A stretch of DNA of 64,000 bases, from the NCBI GenBank assembly GCA_036490555.1, contig DASXDO010000006.1:3637-67636 (forward strand), given 5' to 3'. The notes beneath the pieces are model-generated. The model saw only the letters and a program-made list of their open reading frames with translations, made no database searches and was not told where the DNA came from. This DNA comes from Solirubrobacteraceae bacterium (lineage in GTDB: Bacteria > Actinomycetota > Thermoleophilia > Solirubrobacterales > Solirubrobacteraceae). Positions 18,334-27,651 of this stretch are shown here, piece after piece. Position 1 is the first letter of the stretch. Every line of letters begins with the position of its first letter. The translations under genes and the position numbers were made by a program.

Positions 18334-21300
18334 CTAGCCGTGGCGCCGTGTGCCGGCACGCCTCTGCGCGATTGCCTTCGAGTGCTTGCCCGCCTTGCGC
18401 TTGGCCTTGGCCTTGGTTTTCTTCTTGGTTTTCTTCTTCTTTGTGGTGGCTTGGCACCCTGTGACTTTGACCTTGGTGCTCTGTTCGACCAGCGCACCGT
18501 TCTGCCCGGTGAGCGTGACGGGCATCACGAGTTGCTCCTTGCAGAGATTGCCGTTGCCAGCCAGAGCGGAGTGCGATCCCTCTGGCAGGGTGAGCGTGAA
18601 GCTCGTGAACGGCACATCCGGCACCGCATTGAGCGTCGTCGAGGTGATGCCTTTGCTGATGTGCGTTTCGCCAGCCAGATCAACGGTCACGCCGTAGCCC
18701 TGCAGCACCATGATCAATTCCGGCCACTGCGCACCGCGGCTGACGAAGTACGCCGGGCCGGTCAACGGGACCGGGAGCACCGGGGTATGCACGACCACGC
18801 TGCCGACCTGCGAGGCCGCCGGGCACCCCGCAGGGTTGGAGTCGAACTGCGCTTCGGTGCACGCCTGCTGCAACGTCGAAAGTCTCGACGGGAGCTTCTT
18901 CGGCAGTTCGACCTTGGCCTTCGCTATATCCGCCTGGCCTTCTCCAGAGCTCACGTTCACCTGTAGATAGGCGCCACCTTTGCGCGTATGCCCGGCCTTT
19001 GTCGAGGCTGTAAACCCGGGTTTGAATGGGAGCGCCGCACAGTTGGTCACCTGGAACGGGCTCGAGACACTCGCGCTGAGGCCTTCAACCGCGGTAAGGG
19101 CGCCTGTGACCGCCATCTTCTGACAGCTCGTCGGGTTGAACATGAACCCGGGCCTGTCGATCCGCACGCTCACCGCTTTCAGCTGTAGCGGGATCCCGTC
19201 GAGCATCGAAGGCAGCTGGCCACTGACGACTGTCAACTGCGCTGTATGCGGATCGACGAAGATCTGCGAGCGCACGACCACCGTCCCGTTCCCAGTTGTC
19301 CCAGCCAACGTGTAAGGGCCAGCGACCGCAGGCACCACGATCGAGAGGCCATACGGAGAGCCTCCGTAGCCTTCGGTCAGGTATACGTGCCCACCGCTGA
19401 CCAGAAACGGGTTCGCGCCCGGCCCCGTCAACGCTTCCACGCTCCCCAGTTCGCTGGCCGCAGAGCAGGTCCCCGCGTTTGCTTCCGCTTCTTTGCAGAG
19501 CGGGATCCCGACAAGCGAGCCGAGCAACCCCTCCGGCAGCTTCAACGAGATGCCATTCAGATACTCGCTGCTGTCTTCCCTCCCAAACGCAAGCGTGAAT
19601 TCGCCACGCGCACCCGCCTGAACATTCGGCATCCCCGCTTTGAACGAAGGCGCAAACTGCGAGCCGAAACAGTTCTGGTCGATTTCGAAGGCGTATGTGG
19701 GCGTCGAGTCGCCGACCGTCGCCGTTTCGCTTTCAGCGAGCTGGTTGCTCCACGGCTGCAGGTCGCCGCTCGCGGTGACCGTCCCACACTTGCGGGGGTT
19801 GGCGAGCACCGCCCTTGGGCCGCCTTCGAGCTTCAGCTTGAACTCATCGAAGGGCAGCTGCGGGTTTTCTTCGAAGATGCTCGTGATCTGCCCCGTCAGC
19901 TGATTGACATTGGCATGACCTTCGAGCTTGACGACGATCCCGCCTTCGCCTTCGCTCACAGCCTGAACATAGAGCCGCACCATCTTGCCGTCTTCAGCGT
20001 CCTGCGGAGTGCAGGGACGACATTCGGGTTCGGCGAGATACACCTGGCCTTCGAGGGCTTCTTCCAGCGCCGGCGTCTTGATCCAGACAGTCCCGACCTG
20101 CGCTTCGCGCGGACATTTCGCCACAGCCGCAGGCGCCTGACTCGGATGCCCAGGCCCATAGAACGCTTCCGCCGTGCAGGCTTTCAACCCCCACGCAGCC
20201 GACGGGTTGACGACCACGCCTTCGGGCAACGTCAGGCTGACCGAGCGCACGTCGGACGCTGAGGATTGATCTGGCGTGGCCTGCTGCGGGACGCTGAGGT
20301 CGAAGCGATAGCCCGCGGGCGCGCCCGCTTCCAGGGTGTCCGGCAACAGCGAGAACGAGCTGCTGAACGGCACTTCCAGGCAGCCCGTCAACGAGCCAAC
20401 CGACGCTTCGGTCTGCTGGAAGACGCCCGGATTGCGCCATGCATCCGTTTCCACCACCGCGCTCAGCGGCTTCGAGCACTGCGTCGGATTCGACAGCAAC
20501 GGCACGCGCGTCGCTCCAGACAGCGGTGCACCGACCCTTTCCACGCCAGCGGTTTCATCCCAGAAGATGGGGACCGCACCGGGTCCCTGGTGATCGGCAG
20601 GCACGCCCCAGATCGTCACGTAGCTCGAGAGCACAGGCTGGTTCTGTGTGATGTTCCCCGCCGTGACGCGCACGCCGTAGTTGCCGTTGGAAAGCACACT
20701 CGTGTCGAGTCGCACGGGCGAGGTCCCGATCTGGAACATGAAGGCCGCGGGCTCACCGGGAGCGGGGGCGATGTTGAATACCGGGAACATCGCGGTCACC
20801 GAGAAGCTCGAGAACTGGTAGCGCACGGTGGCCACCCCGACGATCGTGTCCGAGGGACAGTCTTTGCGGATCGCCAGCGCCGAGGTGCAGCGTGGCACGC
20901 CGACCGTGTTGCCGACCGCTCCTGGCGGGAGGTTGAAGGAGACGTCCTTCGGATCGCCGGCCGACTCGACCGGGCCGGTGGTGTTCATCGCAAAGCCCGT
21001 CGTGACGTTCGCGTGGGCGCCTGCCCTGTGCGAGGACAGAGCGGCGATCACGCTGCCCTGCGCCAACCCGAACGAGGCGGGTTTGCTGCTGATCGTCACG
21101 GGACTGTCGATCGACGCGCCCGCCGGAGCGCCACCGCCGGAGACGACTGCATGGTTTGTCACGCTCGCCGGCGCCCCCGCTTCGACTTCCACGTGGATCT
21201 TCACCACGAGCTGGTCGCCTGGCTGCACCGCGGAGCTCGTCGTGCAGGCGATTTCCGGGGTGAGTTCGCAGCTGAGTTCCACGCCGAAGAGCGCAACTGG

Positions 21301-21609
21301 GCCGCTCGCGTACACGTCGACGCTCGTGATCGAAGTGGCGGAGAGGCCGGCGGGAAGCGTGTCCTTGATCGTGACAGCGCTTCCGTTCGTCGCGGCGCCG
21401 CCGACGTTCACGGCAGTGACGAGCAGTTCGCCTGCCCCGCCAGGCGGGAGGTCGGTCGGTGCGGCGTAGGAGGTGATCGCCCATTCAGGTGTTTCTGCGG
21501 CTGACGCCCGTGCGGCGGATGCGAACGACGCGCCGAGCACGGCGATCGCCGCCAGCAGGACGCTCAGCACGGCCTTCAGGCGCGGCGACTGCGTTGAACC
21601 CCAAGCCAT
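18334..21609 (-). CDS. Large secreted beta-rich repeat protein (~1091 aa, copy B)
   Basis: Paralog of 10665-14255 (e.g. shared CPREAQVGTVWIKTPALEEALEG); same TGATG coupling. Confidence 0.8.
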   Translation of the reverse strand: MAWGSTQSPRLKAVLSVLLAAIAVLGASFASAARASAAETPEWAITSYAAPTDLPPGGAGELLVTAVNVGGAATNGSAVTIKDTLPAGLSATSITSVDVYASGPVALFGVELSCELTPEIACTTSSAVQPGDQLVVKIHVEVEAGAPASVTNHAVVSGGGAPAGASIDSPVTISSKPASFGLAQGSVIAALSSHRAGAHANVTTGFAMNTTGPVESAGDPKDVSFNLPPGAVGNTVGVPRCTSALAIRKDCPSDTIVGVATVRYQFSSFSVTAMFPVFNIAPAPGEPAAFMFQIGTSPVRLDTSVLSNGNYGVRVTAGNITQNQPVLSSYVTIWGVPADHQGPGAVPIFWDETAGVERVGAPLSGATRVPLLSNPTQCSKPLSAVVETDAWRNPGVFQQTEASVGSLTGCLEVPFSSSFSLLPDTLEAGAPAGYRFDLSVPQQATPDQSSASDVRSVSLTLPEGVVVNPSAAWGLKACTAEAFYGPGHPSQAPAAVAKCPREAQVGTVWIKTPALEEALEGQVYLAEPECRPCTPQDAEDGKMVRLYVQAVSEGEGGIVVKLEGHANVNQLTGQITSIFEENPQLPFDEFKLKLEGGPRAVLANPRKCGTVTASGDLQPWSNQLAESETATVGDSTPTYAFEIDQNCFGSQFAPSFKAGMPNVQAGARGEFTLAFGREDSSEYLNGISLKLPEGLLGSLVGIPLCKEAEANAGTCSAASELGSVEALTGPGANPFLVSGGHVYLTEGYGGSPYGLSIVVPAVAGPYTLAGTTGNGTVVVRSQIFVDPHTAQLTVVSGQLPSMLDGIPLQLKAVSVRIDRPGFMFNPTSCQKMAVTGALTAVEGLSASVSSPFQVTNCAALPFKPGFTASTKAGHTRKGGAYLQVNVSSGEGQADIAKAKVELPKKLPSRLSTLQQACTEAQFDSNPAGCPAASQVGSVVVHTPVLPVPLTGPAYFVSRGAQWPELIMVLQGYGVTVDLAGETHISKGITSTTLNAVPDVPFTSFTLTLPEGSHSALAGNGNLCKEQLVMPVTLTGQNGALVEQSTKVKVTGCQATTKKKKTKKKTKAKAKRKAGKHSKAIAQRRAGTRRHG

Positions 21610-23924
21610 CACTTACCCCTCCCGTTGCGGTGATCTGCCTGCTTGCCGGCGCGCTTGCCGGCGGCGCCCGCCTTTCCGTATTTGGCCTGCGCCTGCCGCT
21701 TGCAGGCGCGTCGCTTGCGTGCGGGCTGCTTGTGCGTACACGCCTTCAGCGCCCGCGTGAGCTTCTGCGCGCGTGTCAGCGACTTCGAGCTGGGATGTCC
21801 CGGCTTCGCTGTGACATTGCCTAGACCGTTGAAGGTTTCGCTCGATGGCGCGCCCAGCAACTGCGGCACGCTTGGCGGCCCCTGGCAGACCGAGCCAGTA
21901 CAGGGCACCGCTTCCGGCGGCAGCACATCCCCCGGCCGCGGCACGCGCGCGTCGTAGACGTCGAAGCTGCCGTCGTCATCGCCCTGGGAAATCCCTTCCG
22001 AGGTCATGAAGAAGGCGTCGTTGCCCGTTTCGCTCGCGCCGGCGAAATAGGAGGATTCAGGGCTGTGACCCGAGGAGATCAGGTAGACCTTGCCTTCCTC
22101 CCACTCATAGACGTCGCCCACGCCGTTGGTGTCCTGCTGCACGAGTGGGTCGCGGGTTTCGAAGAACACCCTGTTCGCTTCGGCTGAGACCGCGCTGCCG
22201 GGCGTGATCACCTCGGCTCCACCCGTGAGCCCGATGCCGTTGAACAGCTGCTCGAGTTTCGAGACGATCGCGTCGCTTTCCGGCGTCACCCCGGCGGGCG
22301 GACAGGAGAGGCAGCTCAGTTCACCGCTTTGCGCGTCGTAGCGAAAGACCTCGATATTCGGGAACAGCCCATCGTTGGTGATCGGCTGTTCACCGCCGCC
22401 TTCTGCCAGCGGCTGCGTGCGCGCATAGTGCGTGCCGCCGTCGTTGAACCCGGCGATCGCCGATTCGGTGCTGAAGACGACAACCGAGCCGTTGGTCGAG
22501 GTGTAAGCGGGACCGACGCAGAGCACCGCACCGCAGGGGTTGCGGGTGACCGATGGCAGCTGGACGATCGGCGTGACGCTGCCGCCGTTTGCTCCCGCAA
22601 CCCAGCGTTCCAGCTGGAACGGGCTCGTCGATGTGTTCTCGAAGACGGCCGAGGAGCCGCTGTCGCTGACGGTGACGATCGAGCCGACGAGCCCTGGCAG
22701 GTATTCCAGCGCGCCAGTTTCGAGATCGAAGTCGTAGGTCTTCGCGCTGCCGCTTTCAGGCGCAGATTCGGTCAGGCGATCGACGCTCTGGAAGAGCACG
22801 TGCGAGCCGTCCGGAGAGGCGAACGCATAGGAGTGGGCGCTTTCGCCTCCGCCGTATTCGGATTCGTAGCTCTGCGCCTCGCTCGCGGTCGAGACCATTG
22901 CGTTCGGTCCATGCGATGCCGGTTCGCCGGCGTGACCGGAGAGCTGGGACTGGGAGACGAGCACCGTGCTCTGCGTGCCGTCCGCAGCGGTCAGATGCGC
23001 ATACAACTCGAGCGTCCCCGCTTCGTCCTTCCTGACGAAGAAGATCCGCGAGCCGTCGGCCGAGACCTGGTTGTCGAAGGCCGCCGGCGAGGTCAGCCCC
23101 TGTTCATGGCTCTGGTTCGTTGGCTGAGCGGCAGGCGCGGCGAACCCGGCGCCCGTTTCGCCACTGGGCAGCTGCCCGGCGTTGCTCAGCACGCCTTCCC
23201 TGTACTCATACAGCCCGGAGGCGCCTGCAAGCAGCGCATTCTCGTAGAAGAAGTAGATCGTTTTCAGGTCAGGCGAGGCCCCGGCGATTTTCAGCGCCGG
23301 GAAAAACCCACCACTGCCACCAGGTTCGCCGGCGATCTGCGAGCGCCCGATCCATTCTGGTTCGAGCAGCGGGTTCGGCCCCTCGAGGTAGACGTTGTTT
23401 GGGAGGTTCGCTTCGTCCGGAGCGCCGACATAGGGCTCCAGGTCCCACGTGGTGAAGAGCAGACGCGAGAAGTCGGCAGACGGCACGAGCAGCGTCGTGA
23501 GCGTTCCCGTTGTGACGTTTTCTTCCTCGCTTGCAGTGCCGACATTCGGCAGCGGCATCGCCGAACGCGTGACCCAACCCTGGCTCGTACGTTCAGAGAC
23601 GACGGTCGGCTGGACCGCGGCGTTCGATGCGTTTGCAGTAACACCGCCGGTGGTCCCGTACAGGACAGCTTGGCCGCTTGCCGCCACCAACGCAGGATGT
23701 TCGAAGGCCAGCACTTCGTTGCCAAACTTGTTCTTCGGCGAGACCTGTTCGTAGACGCGACCGTCAGGCAGCCCCGCCGAACCGGCTTCGGGCGCGGCGC
23801 CGGCCGTCGCATAGGCCCCCGCTGCAGCTGGCAACGTGAGCGCCAACGCGCACACGCCCGCGACAATCGACCAAAGCACGACGCAAAGCACACCGAAAAC
23901 ACGCAACCTCATGAGCAAAGCCAC
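21609..23924 (-). CDS. Secreted beta-propeller protein (copy B)
   Basis: Paralog of 14255-16471 (LPDGRVYEQVSP, LSCLSCPP, DVYDARV); start GTG 23924 or ATG 23912. Confidence 0.8.
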   Translation of the reverse strand: MALLMRLRVFGVLCVVLWSIVAGVCALALTLPAAAGAYATAGAAPEAGSAGLPDGRVYEQVSPKNKFGNEVLAFEHPALVAASGQAVLYGTTGGVTANASNAAVQPTVVSERTSQGWVTRSAMPLPNVGTASEEENVTTGTLTTLLVPSADFSRLLFTTWDLEPYVGAPDEANLPNNVYLEGPNPLLEPEWIGRSQIAGEPGGSGGFFPALKIAGASPDLKTIYFFYENALLAGASGLYEYREGVLSNAGQLPSGETGAGFAAPAAQPTNQSHEQGLTSPAAFDNQVSADGSRIFFVRKDEAGTLELYAHLTAADGTQSTVLVSQSQLSGHAGEPASHGPNAMVSTASEAQSYESEYGGGESAHSYAFASPDGSHVLFQSVDRLTESAPESGSAKTYDFDLETGALEYLPGLVGSIVTVSDSGSSAVFENTSTSPFQLERWVAGANGGSVTPIVQLPSVTRNPCGAVLCVGPAYTSTNGSVVVFSTESAIAGFNDGGTHYARTQPLAEGGGEQPITNDGLFPNIEVFRYDAQSGELSCLSCPPAGVTPESDAIVSKLEQLFNGIGLTGGAEVITPGSAVSAEANRVFFETRDPLVQQDTNGVGDVYEWEEGKVYLISSGHSPESSYFAGASETGNDAFFMTSEGISQGDDDGSFDVYDARVPRPGDVLPPEAVPCTGSVCQGPPSVPQLLGAPSSETFNGLGNVTAKPGHPSSKSLTRAQKLTRALKACTHKQPARKRRACKRQAQAKYGKAGAAGKRAGKQADHRNGRGK

Positions 23925-24099
23925 TCCTCACCTTGACCTGACATGACCTGCCCGCACGCGGACAGCACGAGACGGCCATGGGCGCAGACCCATAGCAACG
24001 AAAAGCACCGGCGCAACGAGAAGCACCGGCCACGTGGGCCGGTGCGCCGGGAATGGCGGCTGCGGCGTGGGCCGCTAGCTGCTAGGCCAAAGCCCGGGC

Positions 24100-24351
24100 A
24101 GAGAGAGAGAGAGAGAGAGAGATGCGTCAGCTGTGCTGACGCATCTGGTTAAAGGCCCCACTGAGGGCGCAACCAGATCCGACACGTATGACATGAAGCG
24201 TCTCACGCGAACAACGACTCCCTCATCCACTCGATTCAGGTCCCTCTCCAGGAACGCCTGATGCTGCAAAAGAAGCACCGGTCACAAAAGGCGCAACCGG
24301 CCCCAACCTCATCTATGTCATCGCCGCTGCCACGCAGACAGCGACTAAACC
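24100..24351 (-). ncRNA. Candidate structured 5' leader RNA (copy B)
   Basis: 71-nt (24199-24269) and 45-nt (24276-24320) blocks identical to copy A; terminal hairpin 24120-24146; (AG)11A at 24100-24122. Confidence 0.65.
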
Positions 24352-24381
24352 ACTATAAGCATAGTAGCTCATGACTGTCAA
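24352..24381 (-). promoter_or_regulatory. sigmaA-type promoter (copy B)
   Basis: Minus strand TTGACA (24381-24376), 18 nt, TATAGT (24357-24352). Confidence 0.75.
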
Positions 24382-24393
24382 GCCCCCTGGAGG

Positions 24394-25440
24394 TCAGTGG
24401 CAGTGACCTGCACGACCGTGATCGCGATGCTCACGGCCTTCAGGCAGCCCTTCTAGGTACGCCGCCAACACCACGTGCGCAAGCACCCTGTAACCGAGGT
24501 CGGTCGGATGGATGTCAGGCTTGGTCTCGCACATGTTCGTCAACAGGCAGAGGCGCTGCTGTTCATGTGCGCCTGCATGGTTGAACGCTGGCAGCGGGTC
24601 GGCGAAGCTCGCACCGACTGCGCGCGCATCGCCTTGCATCACTTCGTTGAGCGAGGCCGTCAAAGCATCGCCGCCCATGATGCTTTCGCCAAATGGGTTG
24701 TAGAGGCCGACGACGACGATCTCTGCGTGGGGCGCGGCGGCGCGCAGTTCGGCGAGGATGTGGGCGAGGTTCGCGCCGATCTTCGCGAACAGGGTCGGCG
24801 CCTGCGGTTCGATGCAGGAGGCTTCCTCCTTGCAGCCCTCGATCAACGCGAGCGCATCGTTTGCGCCGATGTCGATCGTGATCGGATCGACCGCTTCCCT
24901 GTGTTCGGCGATGTAGTTGAGCGCGTCTGAGAGCTGCGAGGCTTCCTTGCCGCCGGCATAGGGATGGTGCAGTGGGTAAAGCAGTTGATAGGCGCAGGGA
25001 CCATTGATGAACGATTCGGTCGTCTCGCCTGGGCATCCGTCATTGACGATTTCGAGGCTTGGGTCAGCGCGCTGTAGGACCGCGCCGAAATCGTTGACGT
25101 AGCCAGTTTCGAAGGCTGTTGGACTCTCTTCAGGAGCGTTTTCTTCGAAACGCCCCTCGGAGTAGCCAAAGGCGAGAGAGTCGCCGAGCGCGAGGTAAGA
25201 ACGTGGCGGCATGTGGCCAGGGTGACTGGGGAAATGGCCGCGAAAGTGGAGATGAGAACCAGGCGAGTGGTGGCGCAGGTAGCGCCCAGGCGCATGATCG
25301 TGCCGCGCGCCGTGAGCAGCCGCACTTGGCGCTGGCAGCAACACGTAGAGCACGACGAACAGCGCCGCGCAGAGCAGCACGACAAAGGTCCGGTGGACAG
25401 GCCTGTGCTGGCGGTATCGCGACGAGCTCACACACTTCAT
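24394..25440 (-). CDS. Secreted SGNH/GDSL hydrolase
   Basis: YLALGDSLAFG, IGAND, DIHP blocks; His-rich N-terminal linker; start uncertain. Confidence 0.88.
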   Translation of the reverse strand: MKCVSSSRYRQHRPVHRTFVVLLCAALFVVLYVLLPAPSAAAHGARHDHAPGRYLRHHSPGSHLHFRGHFPSHPGHMPPRSYLALGDSLAFGYSEGRFEENAPEESPTAFETGYVNDFGAVLQRADPSLEIVNDGCPGETTESFINGPCAYQLLYPLHHPYAGGKEASQLSDALNYIAEHREAVDPITIDIGANDALALIEGCKEEASCIEPQAPTLFAKIGANLAHILAELRAAAPHAEIVVVGLYNPFGESIMGGDALTASLNEVMQGDARAVGASFADPLPAFNHAGAHEQQRLCLLTNMCETKPDIHPTDLGYRVLAHVVLAAYLEGLPEGREHRDHGRAGHCH

Positions 25441-25482
25441 CTGCCCGCCGAAGACGGCGCTCAAACGAGCGCCAGCGGCCGC

Positions 25483-25959
25483 TCAGACAGGTGGGCGCTC
25501 GCCCTCGTGGTAGTCGACATCGTCGTCGATCCGGAACATCTTGCGCAGGCCGCCGCCGTCTGGCAGACGCTCGAAGGCGCCGACCTTCTGTGAGTCTGGG
25601 TAGATCACGATGTCAGGATCACCGCTCGTGCTGATCGCGAGGAAGCGGACTATCTGCCCGCTGCGGTTCACAAGCTGATGGGCGCCCTCTTCGCCGCGCA
25701 GGAAGGAGACGACCTCCCCCTGCGCAAGCTCGCTCCAGCCCTCAGGTGTGCGCAGGCTGACGCTGCCCTCGAGCACGACGAGCAACTCCTCCTCGCCAAG
25801 GTGCCAGTGGTAGGGGTAGGCCGCCTGTCCCGCAGGCACCTCCCAGAGGCTCAGCCCAAGGCGCTCGCTGCCCGCCTGGCGCGAGATGCGCGCCCGCTTC
25901 GCTAGGAAGCCTGCCTGTTCGCGCGGCTCGTCGAAGTGCGGATCGTCGATGTTCGGCAC
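25483..25959 (-). CDS. Cupin domain protein
   Basis: PYHWHLGEEELLVVLEG and GAHQL cupin motifs. Confidence 0.88.
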   Translation of the reverse strand: MPNIDDPHFDEPREQAGFLAKRARISRQAGSERLGLSLWEVPAGQAAYPYHWHLGEEELLVVLEGSVSLRTPEGWSELAQGEVVSFLRGEEGAHQLVNRSGQIVRFLAISTSGDPDIVIYPDSQKVGAFERLPDGGGLRKMFRIDDDVDYHEGERPPV

Positions 25960-26006
25960 GCCGCAATCCTACGGTCAAGCGGCAGGGACTACGGTCCGGC
26001 CACGCG

Positions 26007-26801
26007 CTACGGTCCGGCCGCGGGAGCCGCGCTCACAGCGAGCGAGCGCATGCGCAGCAGAAGCGCGAACTGGCAGAGCACGGCAGCGAGGCAGGCGAGC
26101 AGGAACGCAGCGGCGATCCCAAACGGGACGGTGGCGACCGCGACCACGAAGCAGAAGAGCGCAAAGCCGCCGTAGCCCATCAGCAGCCCGCGCAGCAGCT
26201 GCAGCACGTCGTCAGGGCCATACTGGGCGTGGCTGAAGCAGGCGAGCACCGTCGCGATCACGGGGAACGGCGTGAGCAGGCCGCTCAGCTGCGGCCCGAG
26301 CCAGCCGGCCGCAGCAGTCAGGCTCAGCACGAGCACGAGCGTGCAGACCGCGCGCAGCGGCAGATCCCAACTTGGCAGCGGGGTGCGGGCGGCAAGCCCT
26401 GCGACGGCGCGGGGCAGCAGCAGGGGCGCCGCGACCAACGCAACCGCGACGATCGCGAGCGCGACGGCGGCGGGGACCCGCAAAGGGGTGAAGAGCAGCG
26501 TGAAGAGCGCGAAGGCGCACCAGCCGGCGAGCAGGCTCCGCCACCAGGCGCCGCGCCTGGCAAGCCTGCCGTAGACGACGACGTAGGCCATCAGCGAGAC
26601 CATCCCCAGCAGCGTGCCCGTCGCGGAGTGCGCGGCGAAGCGCTTGCCGTGCTCGAGCGCGTAGACGAGCAGGATCGGCCCTGCGACGACTGGCAGGCCG
26701 CCGATCAGGCCACCCAAGCGCGGGCCGAAGCGGCGCCCAAGCAGCGAAGCGAGGACGACGAAGCCAGGTGCGAGCAGCACCTTGATCGCGATCAGAGTCA
26801 C
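26007..26801 (-). CDS. Multi-pass membrane protein of unknown function
   Basis: Two-fold repeated hydrophobic unit (GPRLGGLIGGLPV / GPQLSGLLTPFPV). Confidence 0.75.
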   Translation of the reverse strand: MTLIAIKVLLAPGFVVLASLLGRRFGPRLGGLIGGLPVVAGPILLVYALEHGKRFAAHSATGTLLGMVSLMAYVVVYGRLARRGAWWRSLLAGWCAFALFTLLFTPLRVPAAVALAIVAVALVAAPLLLPRAVAGLAARTPLPSWDLPLRAVCTLVLVLSLTAAAGWLGPQLSGLLTPFPVIATVLACFSHAQYGPDDVLQLLRGLLMGYGGFALFCFVVAVATVPFGIAAAFLLACLAAVLCQFALLLRMRSLAVSAAPAAGP

Positions 26802-26822
26802 CGCGGCATGATCCCTGACGGG

Positions 26823-27470
26823 CTAGTCCCTGTCCAGCAATCTGAGCGCAGCAGGCGAAATGGGCAGGCCGTCGCGCAGCCCTGGATCTGGCAGCAGCGG
26901 CCCTGCGACTGTGTGCAGCGGCACGACGCCCGCCCAGACGTCGAGCCCAAGGTCTTGCTCCTCGTCCTGGGGCGGGCCGCTGCGGGCCTTCGCCACGCAC
27001 TCCTGCAGAGGCAGTGCCAAGACGGAGACGCCCTTCAGCTCGCGCCGGCTTGGCTGGCGCACCTCCGCCCAGCGGCCTGGCAGCAGGCGCTCGGTGAAGG
27101 CCTCGAGCGCTGCGAGCCGCTCTGCCTCTCCCTCGACGAGGCGCGCTTTGCCGAAGACGGTCGCCGAGCGGTAGTTGACGGAGTGGTGGAAGGCAGAGCG
27201 CGCAAGCACGATGCCGTCGTAGAGCGTGACCGCGAGGCAGACCTCGATCCCCTCGGCAAGCGCCTTCACCGTCCTGCTCGCCGCTGAGCCATGCATGTAG
27301 ATCGTCTGCTCGACGCGGGCCTGGAGCGTCGGGATCGCGAAGGGCTGCCCGTCGAGGCAGAAGGCGAGGTGCGCGACGGGCATCGCGTCGAGGATCGCCT
27401 CGACCTGCTCCTGCTCATAGACGGCGCGTGCCGGCAGGCGGCGAATCCGGGTACGCGCAGTGCGGTTCAT
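26823..27470 (-). CDS. Pyridoxamine 5'-phosphate oxidase-like flavin-binding protein (NimA-like)
   Basis: YMHGSAASR, DGIVLARSAFHHSVNYRS, WAGVVP; divergent from MocR as usual for this family. Confidence 0.88.
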   Translation of the reverse strand: MNRTARTRIRRLPARAVYEQEQVEAILDAMPVAHLAFCLDGQPFAIPTLQARVEQTIYMHGSAASRTVKALAEGIEVCLAVTLYDGIVLARSAFHHSVNYRSATVFGKARLVEGEAERLAALEAFTERLLPGRWAEVRQPSRRELKGVSVLALPLQECVAKARSGPPQDEEQDLGLDVWAGVVPLHTVAGPLLPDPGLRDGLPISPAALRLLDRD

Positions 27471-27492
27471 GGTCCACAGGCTAAGGGCGAAC

Positions 27493-27514
27493 TTGGCCCT
27501 CTGAGAAGGGCCAA
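27493..27514. promoter_or_regulatory. Candidate MocR operator
   Basis: Inverted repeat TTGGCCCT-N6-AGGGCCAA in the divergent intergenic region. Confidence 0.6.
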
Positions 27515-27594
27515 TTGGATGCAAGAATGCTGGGCCAACTACACCCGAGCCGGCGAGCCTCGACAGAGGGACGCGCTGCGGCCGGCGAACAAGA

Positions 27595-27650
27595 CCTCGA
27601 CCCAAGAGGGATGAGACGCCTCAACCCAAGAGGAATGAAACACCTCAACC
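27595..27650. repeat. 24-bp tandem repeat (2.3 copies) just before the MocR start
   Basis: cctcgacccaagagggatgagacg / cctcaacccaagaggaatgaaaca / cctcaacc. Confidence 0.8.
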
Positions 27651-27651
27651 A

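Noticed and set aside
9588..24381. Diversity-generating retroelement or retron explanation for the duplicated non-coding region
   Set aside because: No reverse transcriptase in the window, and differences between copies are not adenine-specific
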